Shown: positions 9,565 through 19,980, counted from the first letter of the stretch. The stretch: DNA of 64,000 bases from Omnitrophica bacterium GWA2_41_15 (GCA_919901915.1 CAKKQB010000028.1:38499-102498); one strand, 5' to 3'. Made by a program: numbers and translations. The notes: generated by a model from the sequence alone, not told the origin.

Positions 9565-10911
9565 CTACCGTATTTCGTCGTTCGTCGTTCGCTTCACGAA
9601 CAACGCTTCACGCTTCGCAAGATACGGAATTATTTCTTCTCTCGGCTTAATAATCTTTTCGCCGCCGCGGCGCACCTTTAATTCTATGGTATTACTTTTC
9701 AAAAATTCCTTACCCACTATTAACTGTAAAGGAATTCCCAAAAGATCCGCGTCTTTAAATTTAACGCCTGCGCGCTCATCACGGTCATCTAACAAAACAT
9801 CAAACCCCTCGCGCTTAAGCTCATTATAAATTTCTACCGCGCTCCCAAAAATCTTTTTCTCCGTTACATCCAGAGGCAAAATAATAATTTTATAAGGAGC
9901 AATTTCATCCGGCCAGACAATACCAGCGGTATCATAATTTTGCTCAATTACCGCGGAAATCAACCGCGAAACGCCTATTCCGTAACAACCCATAATTATA
10001 GGTTTAAGCTTTCCGTCAGCATCAAGAAAATTTCCTCCCAACATCGTTGTATATTTAGTTCCCAGCTTAAAAATATGCCCTACTTCAATAGTATTAAGCT
10101 CTTGCGTCTTAGTGCCGCATTTGGCGCAATTATCATCTTGGCTTTGGCTATTGGAAGCCAAACCACTACCTGCTGGTTTGTGGTCATCTTCAAGCTCCGG
10201 TAAAGGCAAAGTGTTTGTCTTTACTGCTTCACATTTAGGGCATACCCTAACTACATCCTCTCCGTCTTGAGCCGGAACCATAAACTCATGTGAAATATTC
10301 CCGCCCATCACGCCAGAATCAGCTTCTGTAACAAGAAAATTAAGGCCGCATCTTTTAAATATCTTCTGATAAGCGCTATGCATTGCCTGATAATTTTTAT
10401 CTAATCCATCTTCATCTTTATCAAAACTATACGCATCCTTCATAATAAATTCGCACGCCCTAATCAAGCCAAACCGCGGACGAAGCTCATCGCGAAATTT
10501 TGTCTGGAGCTGATATAAAATTAAAGGCAGCTGCCTGTAACTAGACACGCAGTTTTTTACTAAATCCGTGATAACCTCTTCGTGGGTCGGGCCTAAACAA
10601 AGTTTCCTACCCTTTCTGTCAATAAATTTTAGCATTACATCATTTAAAGTTTTATCGCGGCCTGACCTCTGCCATAATTCTAACGGCTGCAATGCCGGCA
10701 GTAATAATTCGCTCGCGCCGCAAGATTCCATCTCCTGCCGGATTATCTTTTGAATATTATTCAATACCCTATAGCCTAAAGGTAAATAAGAATAAGCGCC
10801 AGCGATAAGCATGCGCGTAAGCCCAGAGCGCAAAAGCAATTTATGGCTTATAGATTCAGCTTCCTGCGGATTCTCTTTTAAAGTTGGTATAAAAGTTTTT
10901 GACCAATACAT
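9565..10911 (-). CDS. proS: Prolyl-tRNA synthetase (short form, no INS editing domain)
   Basis: LGPTHEEVIT, QTKFRDE.RPRFGL.R..EF.MKDAYSF, IEVGHIFKLGTKY, MGCYGIGVSRL. Confidence 0.97.
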   Translation of the reverse strand: MYWSKTFIPTLKENPQEAESISHKLLLRSGLTRMLIAGAYSYLPLGYRVLNNIQKIIRQEMESCGASELLLPALQPLELWQRSGRDKTLNDVMLKFIDRKGRKLCLGPTHEEVITDLVKNCVSSYRQLPLILYQLQTKFRDELRPRFGLIRACEFIMKDAYSFDKDEDGLDKNYQAMHSAYQKIFKRCGLNFLVTEADSGVMGGNISHEFMVPAQDGEDVVRVCPKCEAVKTNTLPLPELEDDHKPAGSGLASNSQSQDDNCAKCGTKTQELNTIEVGHIFKLGTKYTTMLGGNFLDADGKLKPIIMGCYGIGVSRLISAVIEQNYDTAGIVWPDEIAPYKIIILPLDVTEKKIFGSAVEIYNELKREGFDVLLDDRDERAGVKFKDADLLGIPLQLIVGKEFLKSNTIELKVRRGGEKIIKPREEIIPYLAKREALFVKRTTNDEIR

Positions 10912-10959
10912 TTTTCCTCGCTTCGTTCGAGAGTGATTAGTTTATGCTATTCACTATTT

Positions 10960-12219
10960 TTATGCCTCGCTAAAAATCTCTTTCGACAACTCTATACCTC
11001 TCTTTTCAAACAAAGAATAAAACACGGGGATTATTCCTGAAGCCTTAAACCTACCTTTAACTTCCTTATCAGAACCTACATTCTCTATTGCATATGTAAA
11101 TAAATCTTCCAAAACAATCTGTCCGTCTTTTAAACCGTTTATTTGCGTAATATGAGTAATCTTCCTTGAGCCATCCACTAACTGTTCCTGCTGGATAATA
11201 AGATGGACTGCCGCCACAAACTGCCTATATATTGCATCCAAGTTAATCGGCAGTCCTGACGTAAGCACCATTGTTTCAATCCGGTAAACAGCCTCCCGGG
11301 GAGAATTAGCGTGCAAAACTGCCAAAGAACCACTGTGACCGGAGCACGATGCCTGAAGCATATCCAAGGCCTCTGAACTTCTGATTTCACCAAGAATTAT
11401 CCTTCCCGGCCGCATACGTAAAGAATTCCTAAAAAGATCTCCTATCGTTATTTCGCCTTTACCCTCTATATTCGAACCTCTCGCTTCAAGCCTTACCACG
11501 TGCTCCTGTTTTAAATGCAACTCCGCAACATCCTCAATAGTAACAACGCGCTCATCATTACTGATATAGCTCGAAAGCACGCCCAGCGTTGTGGTTTTAC
11601 CAGAACCGGTTGCCCCGGCAAACAGAACATTTACTTTTGCTCTTATGCAAGCGATTAAAAAATCCGCCATTCGATTATCTAACGTGCCAAGCTTAATTAA
11701 ATCTTCAACGGTTATTATTTCTTTCAGGAATTTTCTTATTGTTACAACAATTCCGTCCACTGCTAAAGGCGGAATAATAATATTCACGCGCGAGCCATCC
11801 TTAAGAGATACATCTACGTAAGGAGAAAGCTCATCCACCCTGCGCCGCGTAGGCGCCAACATTTTATATATTAAACACCTTAATTGCTGTTCATCATCAA
11901 ATATAAGATTGGACAATATCTTTTTACCATTTTTTTCAATATAAATCTTTTTTGGCCCATTAATCATAATCTCAGTTACGCTTGGATCATTCATAATGTT
12001 TTCTACCGGGCCGTAACCAGCTAATTCATTAACCAAGTCAGAAATTACTTTGTCTTTATCTCCATCCGATATTATCGCGCGTTCGCGAGAAACGATTTCT
12101 CCTAGAATTCGCCCTATAACCTTTCCTAATCCCTCTTTGTCTACTTTTTCTTCACAGAATATACCGCTATATTGCTCCAGAAGCTTCTGTCTTATTTCTT
12201 TTTTTAATTTTTTAATCAT
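10960..12219 (-). CDS. CpaF/TadA family pilus-assembly ATPase
   Basis: GATGSGKTT, TIEDVAEL, RNSLRMRP.RIILGEIR, SGH.GSL..LHANS. Confidence 0.92.
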   Translation of the reverse strand: MIKKLKKEIRQKLLEQYSGIFCEEKVDKEGLGKVIGRILGEIVSRERAIISDGDKDKVISDLVNELAGYGPVENIMNDPSVTEIMINGPKKIYIEKNGKKILSNLIFDDEQQLRCLIYKMLAPTRRRVDELSPYVDVSLKDGSRVNIIIPPLAVDGIVVTIRKFLKEIITVEDLIKLGTLDNRMADFLIACIRAKVNVLFAGATGSGKTTTLGVLSSYISNDERVVTIEDVAELHLKQEHVVRLEARGSNIEGKGEITIGDLFRNSLRMRPGRIILGEIRSSEALDMLQASCSGHSGSLAVLHANSPREAVYRIETMVLTSGLPINLDAIYRQFVAAVHLIIQQEQLVDGSRKITHITQINGLKDGQIVLEDLFTYAIENVGSDKEVKGRFKASGIIPVFYSLFEKRGIELSKEIFSEA

Positions 12220-13340
12220 TTCTTCACCTGTATCCCTTCTAACAAAGCATCAACACATTTATCAAAAGAAACTTTTTTTATCAATTTGCCCTTACTAAAC
12301 AACACCCCCATCTTCTTACCAAAAGCGATCCCAATATCCGCCTGCCTTGCCTCTCCCGGGCCATTAACCTCACAGCCCATTACAGCCACTTTAATCGGTT
12401 TGCCGGTTAACCTGTTAGCCTGTTTGCCTGTTAAACGGGATAACGGGATAACGGGATAACGGGATAACGAATTTTCTAATTCTTTTATTATCTTAACTAA
12501 ATCCACCCCGCAACGGCCGCAGGTAGGACAACTTATAATCTCAGGGCCAAAACATCTCAAACCCAAAGATTCTAAAATGGCTCTGGCTGCCTTGATTTCT
12601 TGCCTTGGCTCATCAGTAAGCGATACCCTTATTGTATCACCTATTCCATCCATCAACAAAGCCCCTAACGCAATGCTGGATTTTATCCCTCCATTATACG
12701 AAGCGCCTGTCGCGGTAAGGCCTAAATGTAAAGGATAGTCGCTTAGCTTAGCTATTTTACGATACGCCTCTACAGTATCTAAAATATCCGACCCCTTAAG
12801 AGAAATAACAATATCGTGGAATTTAAATCTTTCTAAAATTTTTACATAATCTAACGCGCTTTTAACCATTTTATCCGCTTGTGACCGGCAAACCAGCAAA
12901 CCGGCTAACCGGCTAACCGATAACGATCCCGAATTCACCCCCACCCTTATAGGAATATGGTTAATTTTCGCTGCCCTAACTATTTCTTTAATCTGATCTT
13001 GCTTATAAATATTTCCGGGATTCAACCTAATTTTATCCGCGCCATTATCAATTGCCTCCAGCGCCAAACGCCAATTAAAATGAATATCCGCGGCTATCGG
13101 CAATTTTACCTTTAGTTTAATTCTTTTAATTGCCCGCGCGTCAAGGCTGTCTTTTATTGCTAAACGGACTATTTCACAACCAGCGCTTTCTAATTCTTTA
13201 AGCTGTCTAACTGTCTTTTCTATATCAGAAGTTTTGACCTTAGCCATTGACTGAATAGCAATGGGGTTCGCGCCGCCAATTTCTATATTACCAATTTTTA
13301 TAATTCTGGATTTGCGTCTTTTAATTACCATAAACACCAC
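12216..13340 (-). CDS. ispG: HMBPP synthase IspG carrying two repeat-derived insertions
   Basis: IAIQSM, ADIHF, RLNPGN, IRVGVNSGSL, GIGDTIRVSL, ISCPTCGR, AVMGCEVNGPGEA. Confidence 0.97.
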   Translation of the reverse strand: MVFMVIKRRKSRIIKIGNIEIGGANPIAIQSMAKVKTSDIEKTVRQLKELESAGCEIVRLAIKDSLDARAIKRIKLKVKLPIAADIHFNWRLALEAIDNGADKIRLNPGNIYKQDQIKEIVRAAKINHIPIRVGVNSGSLSVSRLAGLLVCRSQADKMVKSALDYVKILERFKFHDIVISLKGSDILDTVEAYRKIAKLSDYPLHLGLTATGASYNGGIKSSIALGALLMDGIGDTIRVSLTDEPRQEIKAARAILESLGLRCFGPEIISCPTCGRCGVDLVKIIKELENSLSRYPVIPLSRLTGKQANRLTGKPIKVAVMGCEVNGPGEARQADIGIAFGKKMGVLFSKGKLIKKVSFDKCVDALLEGIQVKK

Positions 13341-13360
13341 TATGTTAAATTATGTAATCT

Positions 13361-14443
13361 TCACTTAAACAATTTAGCTATCTTATCCCCAAACAATTTT
13401 AATATATCGTTATAAGTTACGAATAAGGCGAAAAAAACAATCATCACAACTCCAATTTGCGTAATAACGCGCTCAAGCTTAAGATTTAATGTTTTGCCCC
13501 TTATTTTTTCAATGCCTAAGAACAAAATGTGCCCGCCATCTAACACAGGAAACGGAAGAAGATTAAATATCGCCAGGCTCACGCTTATCAACCCCACCAA
13601 ATTTAAGATTGCGATTATCCCCTGCGAGGCAACCTTTGAGGTTATGATAAACATTCCCAGCGGGCCGGTTACTGATTCACGAAACGATACGCGGCCCGTA
13701 AAAATTCTCCAAAGCCCTTTATATGTCATCTCCGTCAGGTAACAGGTCTTATCTACAGCTAACAAAAAAGCCTTAAAAAAACCATGCCTTACCACAACCG
13801 CGTCATTATAATCAGGGGTTATGCCAAGCAGGCCTACCTTCTGTTTCGCGCCCAAAGTGCCATCTAAGTGTTTTTCTCTTATAGTAACATCTATTTTACG
13901 AACCTCATTGCCCCTAGCAACTGAAAGCAAAACATTAGCAGTTTCTTTTTTGTTGTAAATAATTTTTGTTAAGTCCTCCCAATATTCCACCTTTTGATTA
14001 TCTATGGCGATAATCGTATCACCGGCTTCTATCCCTGCCTTCTTTGCCCCAAAACCATCAATAAGGCCGCCTACTTTAGTAGTAAGCGTAGGGTAGCCAA
14101 CAAAAAATATAAACCAAAAACACAAAAATCCTAATATATAATTCAACAAGGCGCCGCTTGAAATTATCCAGAAACGTTTTCCTACTGGTTTTGAAAAATA
14201 CTCATAGCTCTGACCGCTGTATTCTTCAGGGTCATCTCCTGCCATCTTAACGTAACCACCCAAGGGTATTAAATTAATGCTGTATTCAGTATGGCCTTTT
14301 TTCTTTTTTAATATTTGCGGCCCAAAACCCAAAGAAAAATTCTCAACCCTGACACCCACTTTCCTGGCGGCAATAAAATGCCCAAATTCATGGACAAAAA
14401 TTAAAACGCTTAAAATTGTTAAAAAAATAATAAAGGTAATCAT
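13361..14443 (-). CDS. rseP: RIP metalloprotease RseP
   Basis: HEFGH, PLGGYVKM, PDZ, FNLLP.PVLDGG; next to dxr. Confidence 0.95.
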   Translation of the reverse strand: MITFIIFLTILSVLIFVHEFGHFIAARKVGVRVENFSLGFGPQILKKKKGHTEYSINLIPLGGYVKMAGDDPEEYSGQSYEYFSKPVGKRFWIISSGALLNYILGFLCFWFIFFVGYPTLTTKVGGLIDGFGAKKAGIEAGDTIIAIDNQKVEYWEDLTKIIYNKKETANVLLSVARGNEVRKIDVTIREKHLDGTLGAKQKVGLLGITPDYNDAVVVRHGFFKAFLLAVDKTCYLTEMTYKGLWRIFTGRVSFRESVTGPLGMFIITSKVASQGIIAILNLVGLISVSLAIFNLLPFPVLDGGHILFLGIEKIRGKTLNLKLERVITQIGVVMIVFFALFVTYNDILKLFGDKIAKLFK

Positions 14444-15597
14444 CCTATAATCCTCCTAGCTTTCTCTCGGGCCCAAATATCCGCTTCTAAAATATCGCCT
14501 AAATCGGGTTTAGTAATATTACGGTGCGCATCAAGAGTCATCCTGATGACTTTCGCGATAGCCAAAAACTCAAGCCTATTTTTTAGGAATGCCGCCACAC
14601 AAACCTCATTAGCGGCATTTAAGACGCAAGGCATAGTTCCTAAACTAGACGCGGCCTGAACAGCAAGCTCCAAACAAGGAAATTTCTTAAAATCCGGCCT
14701 CTCGAAATGCAACTCCTTTAATTTATAAAAATCTATTCCAAGAAACGAGCTTGGTAATTTTTCCGGATAAGAAAGCGCGTACTGTATAGGCAGGCGCATA
14801 TCCGTAGCGGATAACTGCGCCAGATAAGTTCCATCAATAAATTCAACCATAGAGTGAATTACGGATTCAGGATGTATAAGAATCTTAATTTTTTCTAATG
14901 ACACTCCAAATAAAAACATAACCTCAAGAAGTTCTAAACCCTTATTCATTAATGTCGCGGAATCAACGGTTATCTTTTTCCCCATCTTCCACTTGGGATG
15001 CTTTAAGACTTTGCTGACAGACGCGTCTTTTAATTGTCTTTTACTCGCGTTTCTAAAGGGGCCTCCTGAACCTGTTAAATAAATATTTTTTAAATCATCC
15101 TTATTCTTTCCTTCCAGGCATTGCCAAATCGCGCAAGTTTCGCTATCCACTGGAATTATCCTTTTAAAGCGATTCTTAGCTCTTTGGGCTATTAAAGGCC
15201 CTGCCATAACTAACGCCTCTTTATTGGCTAACGCAACCTGCTTATCGCAATCAAGGGCTTTTAATAAAGGCATCAACGCGGCTGAGCCGCTTATCGCGAG
15301 CAAAATCCTATCTACCTTTTTTTCCGAAACCAAAAAATTAAGACCTTCATTACCCGCGAAGATTTTGGTTTTGCAACTTAATCTGGATTCCAATTTTTTA
15401 GCCGCCTTTAAATCTATTACAGCGGCAAAAAGAGGTTTAAATTCCTTTATCTGTCTTTCTAAAATATCAACATTAGAATTCGTACTTAAACCCACTACAT
15501 GGAATTCCGAGGGAAAATGCCTTACAACTTCTAAAGCATTCTGACCTATGGAACCAGTGGAGCCTAATATAGTAATATTCTTCATAGCAAAACTCAA
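14440..15597 (-). CDS. dxr: 1-deoxy-D-xylulose 5-phosphate reductoisomerase
   Basis: LGSTGSIG, LANKE, PVDSE, HP.W.MG.KITVDSATLMNKGLE. Confidence 0.98.
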   Translation of the reverse strand: MSFAMKNITILGSTGSIGQNALEVVRHFPSEFHVVGLSTNSNVDILERQIKEFKPLFAAVIDLKAAKKLESRLSCKTKIFAGNEGLNFLVSEKKVDRILLAISGSAALMPLLKALDCDKQVALANKEALVMAGPLIAQRAKNRFKRIIPVDSETCAIWQCLEGKNKDDLKNIYLTGSGGPFRNASKRQLKDASVSKVLKHPKWKMGKKITVDSATLMNKGLELLEVMFLFGVSLEKIKILIHPESVIHSMVEFIDGTYLAQLSATDMRLPIQYALSYPEKLPSSFLGIDFYKLKELHFERPDFKKFPCLELAVQAASSLGTMPCVLNAANEVCVAAFLKNRLEFLAIAKVIRMTLDAHRNITKPDLGDILEADIWAREKARRIIG

Positions 15598-15606
15598 ACT
15601 AATACT

Positions 15607-15652
15607 TTAGCGTATAGCGTATAGTTTTTCTATCCGCTATCCGCTATACGCT
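15607..15652. repeat. Two-armed inverted heptamer array
   Basis: TAGCGTA TAGCGTA TAG TTTTT CTATCCG CTATCCG CTATACG CT. Confidence 0.9.
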
Positions 15653-15665
15653 CAGCCTCTTACAT

Positions 15666-16475
15666 TTACCTTACAATACTGCTCATATAAAAATAAAATA
15701 CCGGCGCGGTAAACAATAAACTATCTATTTCATCCAAAATCCCGCCCATACCCGGCAGTAAATCGCCTGAATCCTTTATCTGACAATCCCGTTTTATCAA
15801 AGACTCTGACAAATCCCCCAACTGCCCGATTATTCCAAGAGAAATCCCTAAAAATATCAGGTGCGGATATGAAAAACTCAAAAATGGTTTACTAAGGCAG
15901 GCGCCAAGGACACTAAAGAATAACCCCCCGACAGCCCCTTCAACTGTTTTCTTGGGGCTGATATGCGGCAGGAGAGGAATTTTTCCAAAGCGGCTGCCTA
16001 TAAAATACGCGCCAATATCTCCTAATTTTGTGATCAATAATATCGAGCTCAAGATACCCAAACCATGATTTAAGTATTTTATCTTAAGCAAAAAACTAAA
16101 AAACCAAGAAACATAAAATATGCCAAACAGGGTTGTAGATACGCCTATAGTTACACCAGCGCTCTCCCTGCGCTTAAACTGCATAAGAATTAAAAATAAA
16201 AGCGCTATAACTATAAAAAGAAATTCCCATTTTTTAGTAAGCTCAAATTGCAGCATTATGGAAATAGGGATTATCGCGCCCATACAAATACCAAAATATT
16301 TATAAGTGGCTATGCCTTTGTGCTCAAGCATGCGGAAAAACTCGCGTAAACCCAAAACAATAAGAGCAATAACTACCAGATCGCAAATCCGGAAATTATA
16401 CCACCAATCAATTAAAAGAGAGGCAATAACAATGCTTACAATCCAAAATCCGCTAATTATTCTCTTTATCATCAT
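15666..16475 (-). CDS. cdsA: Phosphatidate cytidylyltransferase
   Basis: ISPKKTVEG, GDLSESLIKR...KDSG.LLPG.GGILD..DS. Confidence 0.96.
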   Translation of the reverse strand: MMIKRIISGFWIVSIVIASLLIDWWYNFRICDLVVIALIVLGLREFFRMLEHKGIATYKYFGICMGAIIPISIMLQFELTKKWEFLFIVIALLFLILMQFKRRESAGVTIGVSTTLFGIFYVSWFFSFLLKIKYLNHGLGILSSILLITKLGDIGAYFIGSRFGKIPLLPHISPKKTVEGAVGGLFFSVLGACLSKPFLSFSYPHLIFLGISLGIIGQLGDLSESLIKRDCQIKDSGDLLPGMGGILDEIDSLLFTAPVFYFYMSSIVR

Positions 16476-17196
16476 TTATCCCCCTCTGCACTCCCCCAAA
16501 CCGTCTTTCCCTTTTTTGATACTCAAGGATTGCTTCCTGAAAATCCTGGCGCTTAAAATCCGGCCAATATTTTTTCACAAAATATAACTCCGCGTAAGAA
16601 AGCTGCCAGAGTAAAAAATTACTCAAGCGCATTTCACCGCTGGTACGTATCAGGAGATCCGGATCAGGCAAATTCGCGGTATAAAAATAACTATTAAACC
16701 CTTCGATATCAAGATCGTTCGCGTTAACCTGCCCGCGGAGAACATTTTCAGCAAATCTTTTTGCCGCATCCACTATCTCTTGCCTTGAGCCATAATTTAA
16801 TGCCAAAACCATTGTCAAGGCCTTATTATTTTGGGTCTTCTCTTGGGCCTTTCTAATTTTTTCTAATATATATTTAGGCATGGGCTCAGGCCTGCCGATT
16901 ACCAAAAAACGAATATTATCTTTGCTTAACTGCTCAATTTCTTTATCCAAAAAGTTGCCAAGATAACGCATGAGCATGCGTATTTCGTATTTTGGCCTAT
17001 TCCAGTTTTCAGTTGAAAAAGCAAAAAAGGTAACTGCCTCTACCCCTGATTCAATCGCTGCTTTTACAATTTCCTTAACCCTTTTCGCGCCTTCATGATG
17101 ACCAATGACGCGGCTAAAACCTTTTTCTTTTGCCCAGCGCCCATTACCATCCATTATTATAGCGACGTGCTTAGGGATATTACTCTTATCAATCAC
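16453..17196 (-). CDS. uppS: Undecaprenyl diphosphate synthase
   Basis: HVAIIMDGNGRWA, FSTENWNRP, DLLIRTSGE.RLSNFLLWQ, RERRFGG. Confidence 0.98.
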   Translation of the reverse strand: MIDKSNIPKHVAIIMDGNGRWAKEKGFSRVIGHHEGAKRVKEIVKAAIESGVEAVTFFAFSTENWNRPKYEIRMLMRYLGNFLDKEIEQLSKDNIRFLVIGRPEPMPKYILEKIRKAQEKTQNNKALTMVLALNYGSRQEIVDAAKRFAENVLRGQVNANDLDIEGFNSYFYTANLPDPDLLIRTSGEMRLSNFLLWQLSYAELYFVKKYWPDFKRQDFQEAILEYQKRERRFGGVQRGINDDKENN

Positions 17197-17199
17197 GTT

Positions 17200-17252
17200 T
17201 TAGCGGATAGCGGATAGCGGCTAGCGTATAGTTTTTCTATCCGCTATCCGCT
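17200..17252. repeat. Two-armed inverted heptamer array
   Basis: TAGCGGA TAGCGGA TAGCGGC TAGCGTA TAG TTTTT CTATCCG CTATCCG CT; same core junction as 15607. Confidence 0.9.
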
Positions 17253-17254
17253 TC

Positions 17255-18835
17255 TTATTGGTGCACTCTATAATCTATATTGGGGAATATGTTATCTTTA
17301 CGTTCAATCTCGGAAAGCCATTCCTGATCAATGGAATTTGATTTTATGTCTTCGCATAAACGATTAAAACAGAGAAGATGCTCTTTAGTGCGCCGAACCG
17401 CGTAATCAACATGAGTGCCTGTACCCATAATAAACGCCCAATCAGAACTCTGCGCGAGTAAAAGTTCGCGTAAAGCCTGATTTAACGCGCGCCTTAACAA
17501 ATCTCGCGCGTCAGGAAAGCCCTTTGTTAATTCCGCCATCCGCCCTGAAGCAGTATGCAGGTGCCGATAAATCCAGTCATTTGTCCCCTGAAGCCACATC
17601 TCGCTGTAACCCTTCCAGCCCCAACTTGACAAAGAAGGCGCCACTACCTGATTTCTGGGATTCTCCGCCAAATATTCTGACGCGGTAATCAAACGTATTT
17701 CGTCTTGATCAAACGCGATTTTTCGAATCAGGAAATCTAACCACATCGGGCCTTCATACCACCAGTGGCCGAACAACTCCGCGTCATAAGGAGAAACAAG
17801 AATAGGCTTCTTCTGCATAAAATCATAAAGATATTCCACTTGTTTCTGGCGATTAAATAGAAAATTGCCCGCGTGTTCCGCGGCTCTAGCTCTAGCCCGC
17901 TCCACGTTATAGGGTTCCTTTTGACAAGATGTTCCAGTAATACGATAATACTTCATCCCTGTATTTATTCTTATTCCGTCGGGATGAATATAGGGCTTTA
18001 TATACTCAAACTCTAAATCAAATCCTATATCACGATAAAACTCACGGTAATTATAATCTCCCGGGTAACCTTCAACCGAAGACCAGACCTGCTTAGATGA
18101 CTCTAAGTCCCTCGCGAAACAAGCGACACTTGTACCTTTACAGTAAACCGGAGCAAATACACCATATTTTGGCCTGGGTGTGCCATGCAAAATTCCGTGA
18201 GAATCAGTAAAAAAATAACGCAGGCCCGCTTCTTTTAGAATTTCATCATGTCCCGGATGATAACCACATTCGGGTAACCATATACCCCTTGGCTTCCTGC
18301 CAAATATACTTTCATAATGGCTCACAGCTACTTTAACCTGCGACCTGACTGATTCACGGCAAACATCCATAAACGGAAAATATCCATGAGTCGCTCCACA
18401 GGTAATAATCTCTAATTTTCCGGCATCTTGAAAGTTTTTAAAAGCAACGGTTAAATTACGATTGTACCTTAAAAAAGTGTCGCGAGCCTTACAAAATTGA
18501 TTCAAATACATTATTGCCAAGCACTGAAAATCCGACTGCCAAGTAGTCCTTTCTATTTCCTTATGCGCAAGCTCAATAAGCTCATTTATATGTTTTAAAT
18601 AACGCTCTTGAAGCAAAGAATCAGTTAACATAGAAAGAAGCGTTGGACTTAAAGTCATCGTCAAACGAAAATCTACCTTATCAGCCAATAAATTTTCAAA
18701 GACCCAAATCAGAGGAATATACGTCTCTGTTATTGCCTCATAAAGCCAATCCTCTTCTAAAAAATCCTCGTGTTCAGGATGACGAACAAAAGGAAGGTGG
18801 CCGTGCAATACTAAACTTAGATATCCTTTATGCAT
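17255..18835 (-). CDS. GH57 glycoside hydrolase (branching-enzyme type, DUF1957)
   Basis: LVLH.HLPFVRH, WL.EAITETYIPL, GIWLPEC, PYDAELFGHWWYEG, RELLLAQSSDWAF. Confidence 0.93.
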   Translation of the reverse strand: MHKGYLSLVLHGHLPFVRHPEHEDFLEEDWLYEAITETYIPLIWVFENLLADKVDFRLTMTLSPTLLSMLTDSLLQERYLKHINELIELAHKEIERTTWQSDFQCLAIMYLNQFCKARDTFLRYNRNLTVAFKNFQDAGKLEIITCGATHGYFPFMDVCRESVRSQVKVAVSHYESIFGRKPRGIWLPECGYHPGHDEILKEAGLRYFFTDSHGILHGTPRPKYGVFAPVYCKGTSVACFARDLESSKQVWSSVEGYPGDYNYREFYRDIGFDLEFEYIKPYIHPDGIRINTGMKYYRITGTSCQKEPYNVERARARAAEHAGNFLFNRQKQVEYLYDFMQKKPILVSPYDAELFGHWWYEGPMWLDFLIRKIAFDQDEIRLITASEYLAENPRNQVVAPSLSSWGWKGYSEMWLQGTNDWIYRHLHTASGRMAELTKGFPDARDLLRRALNQALRELLLAQSSDWAFIMGTGTHVDYAVRRTKEHLLCFNRLCEDIKSNSIDQEWLSEIERKDNIFPNIDYRVHQ

Positions 18836-18888
18836 AATATAATATGTATTGTGAGACTATTGCGAAATTGATTTCAAACAATCCGTTA

Positions 18889-19980
18889 CTATTTTGTTAC
18901 TTCTTCTTTAACCAAGATACTGCTTTTTGTCTCTCTGTTAACTGTGGGTGTAATAGTGCGTTCTTCGATAGAATCGCTTGATACAGCTTTAACGGGTATA
19001 ACCTGCTTTCCATCAGGAAGAGCAAAACGTAATGAAAAAGTCCCATCCTGCCTTAACGTTATAGGCCTGCCCTGAACAGTCACCTTAGCATCTGGCTCAG
19101 TGGCGCCATAAACAATCAATTCACAGTCAACTACAAGCCAAAATTTCCTTTCCTTTTCCCCCGGCATCTTTTTTACCGGACTGCCCATAGAAGCCATTCC
19201 AGGCGAAGCAAAAACACCGGAAAAAAGAGCCTTTTTAATCCTCTCCTGCCATGCTTTACCTACCGGAGAACTTTGACCTAACCCGAAACCCATGCCATAA
19301 AGCCGCGCGAACATCTCATCAGGAATCATCCACTCCTCATCAGTAATCCATGATGGGCCTTCTACTGGCGTATGAACTATATTTGAACGTATGATAGTAA
19401 CAAATCTTCCATCAGACAGCAATAAACCAAAATCCACAACCCAAGATTTTCCCGGGCCGCCAGTATCAATATACCAACTACTGGAATAATCACTAACCTG
19501 GACATCAAAAAAACCATGCGCATTCTGGCCATTAAATACAATATTACTTATATCATAAACACGTAAAACACGCTTTGCTTTATAGAATTCATCTCTGAAC
19601 TCATTTTTTAGCTTTTCAATGGTTGTTCCCCTAATCTCCCAATAAGCATGAAGCCACCACAAATCACGCACCTGCAGTATAATTTTATCATAATCATATC
19701 TATCAGGTAACTCTTGGGGCAAGACACGCTTTGGCTTAACTACTTCCGGACGAGAATACTTTGCTTTTTCTATTGCTAATTGCTCTTCATTAAAAACCGT
19801 TTCTTTTGCTTCTGGCAAAACAGCTTCTTCGCCTGCTCTTATCTTTTCTGCTTTTACCTTTTTTGGTTTAATTTCCTTTACCTTTTTTGGCTTAATTTCC
19901 TTTGGTTTAATTTCCTTTGGTTTGGTTTTTCTCTCTACTAATTCTTTTATTTTTTCCTTAATCTTGCGAAATATAACCAT
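18889..19980 (-). CDS. DUF4912 domain protein with KPKEI repeats
   Basis: LP..Y....I.LQVRD.WWLHAYWE, RSN.V.TP, FWLVVDCELIVYGATEPDAKVT; paired with GH57. Confidence 0.85.
   Translation of the reverse strand: MVIFRKIKEKIKELVERKTKPKEIKPKEIKPKKVKEIKPKKVKAEKIRAGEEAVLPEAKETVFNEEQLAIEKAKYSRPEVVKPKRVLPQELPDRYDYDKIILQVRDLWWLHAYWEIRGTTIEKLKNEFRDEFYKAKRVLRVYDISNIVFNGQNAHGFFDVQVSDYSSSWYIDTGGPGKSWVVDFGLLLSDGRFVTIIRSNIVHTPVEGPSWITDEEWMIPDEMFARLYGMGFGLGQSSPVGKAWQERIKKALFSGVFASPGMASMGSPVKKMPGEKERKFWLVVDCELIVYGATEPDAKVTVQGRPITLRQDGTFSLRFALPDGKQVIPVKAVSSDSIEERTITPTVNRETKSSILVKEEVTK

Noticed and set aside
19850-19930. KPKEI/KPKKV repeats in the DUF4912 gene
   Set aside because: Codon-multiple low-complexity protein repeats, unrelated to the 7/8/9-mer families.
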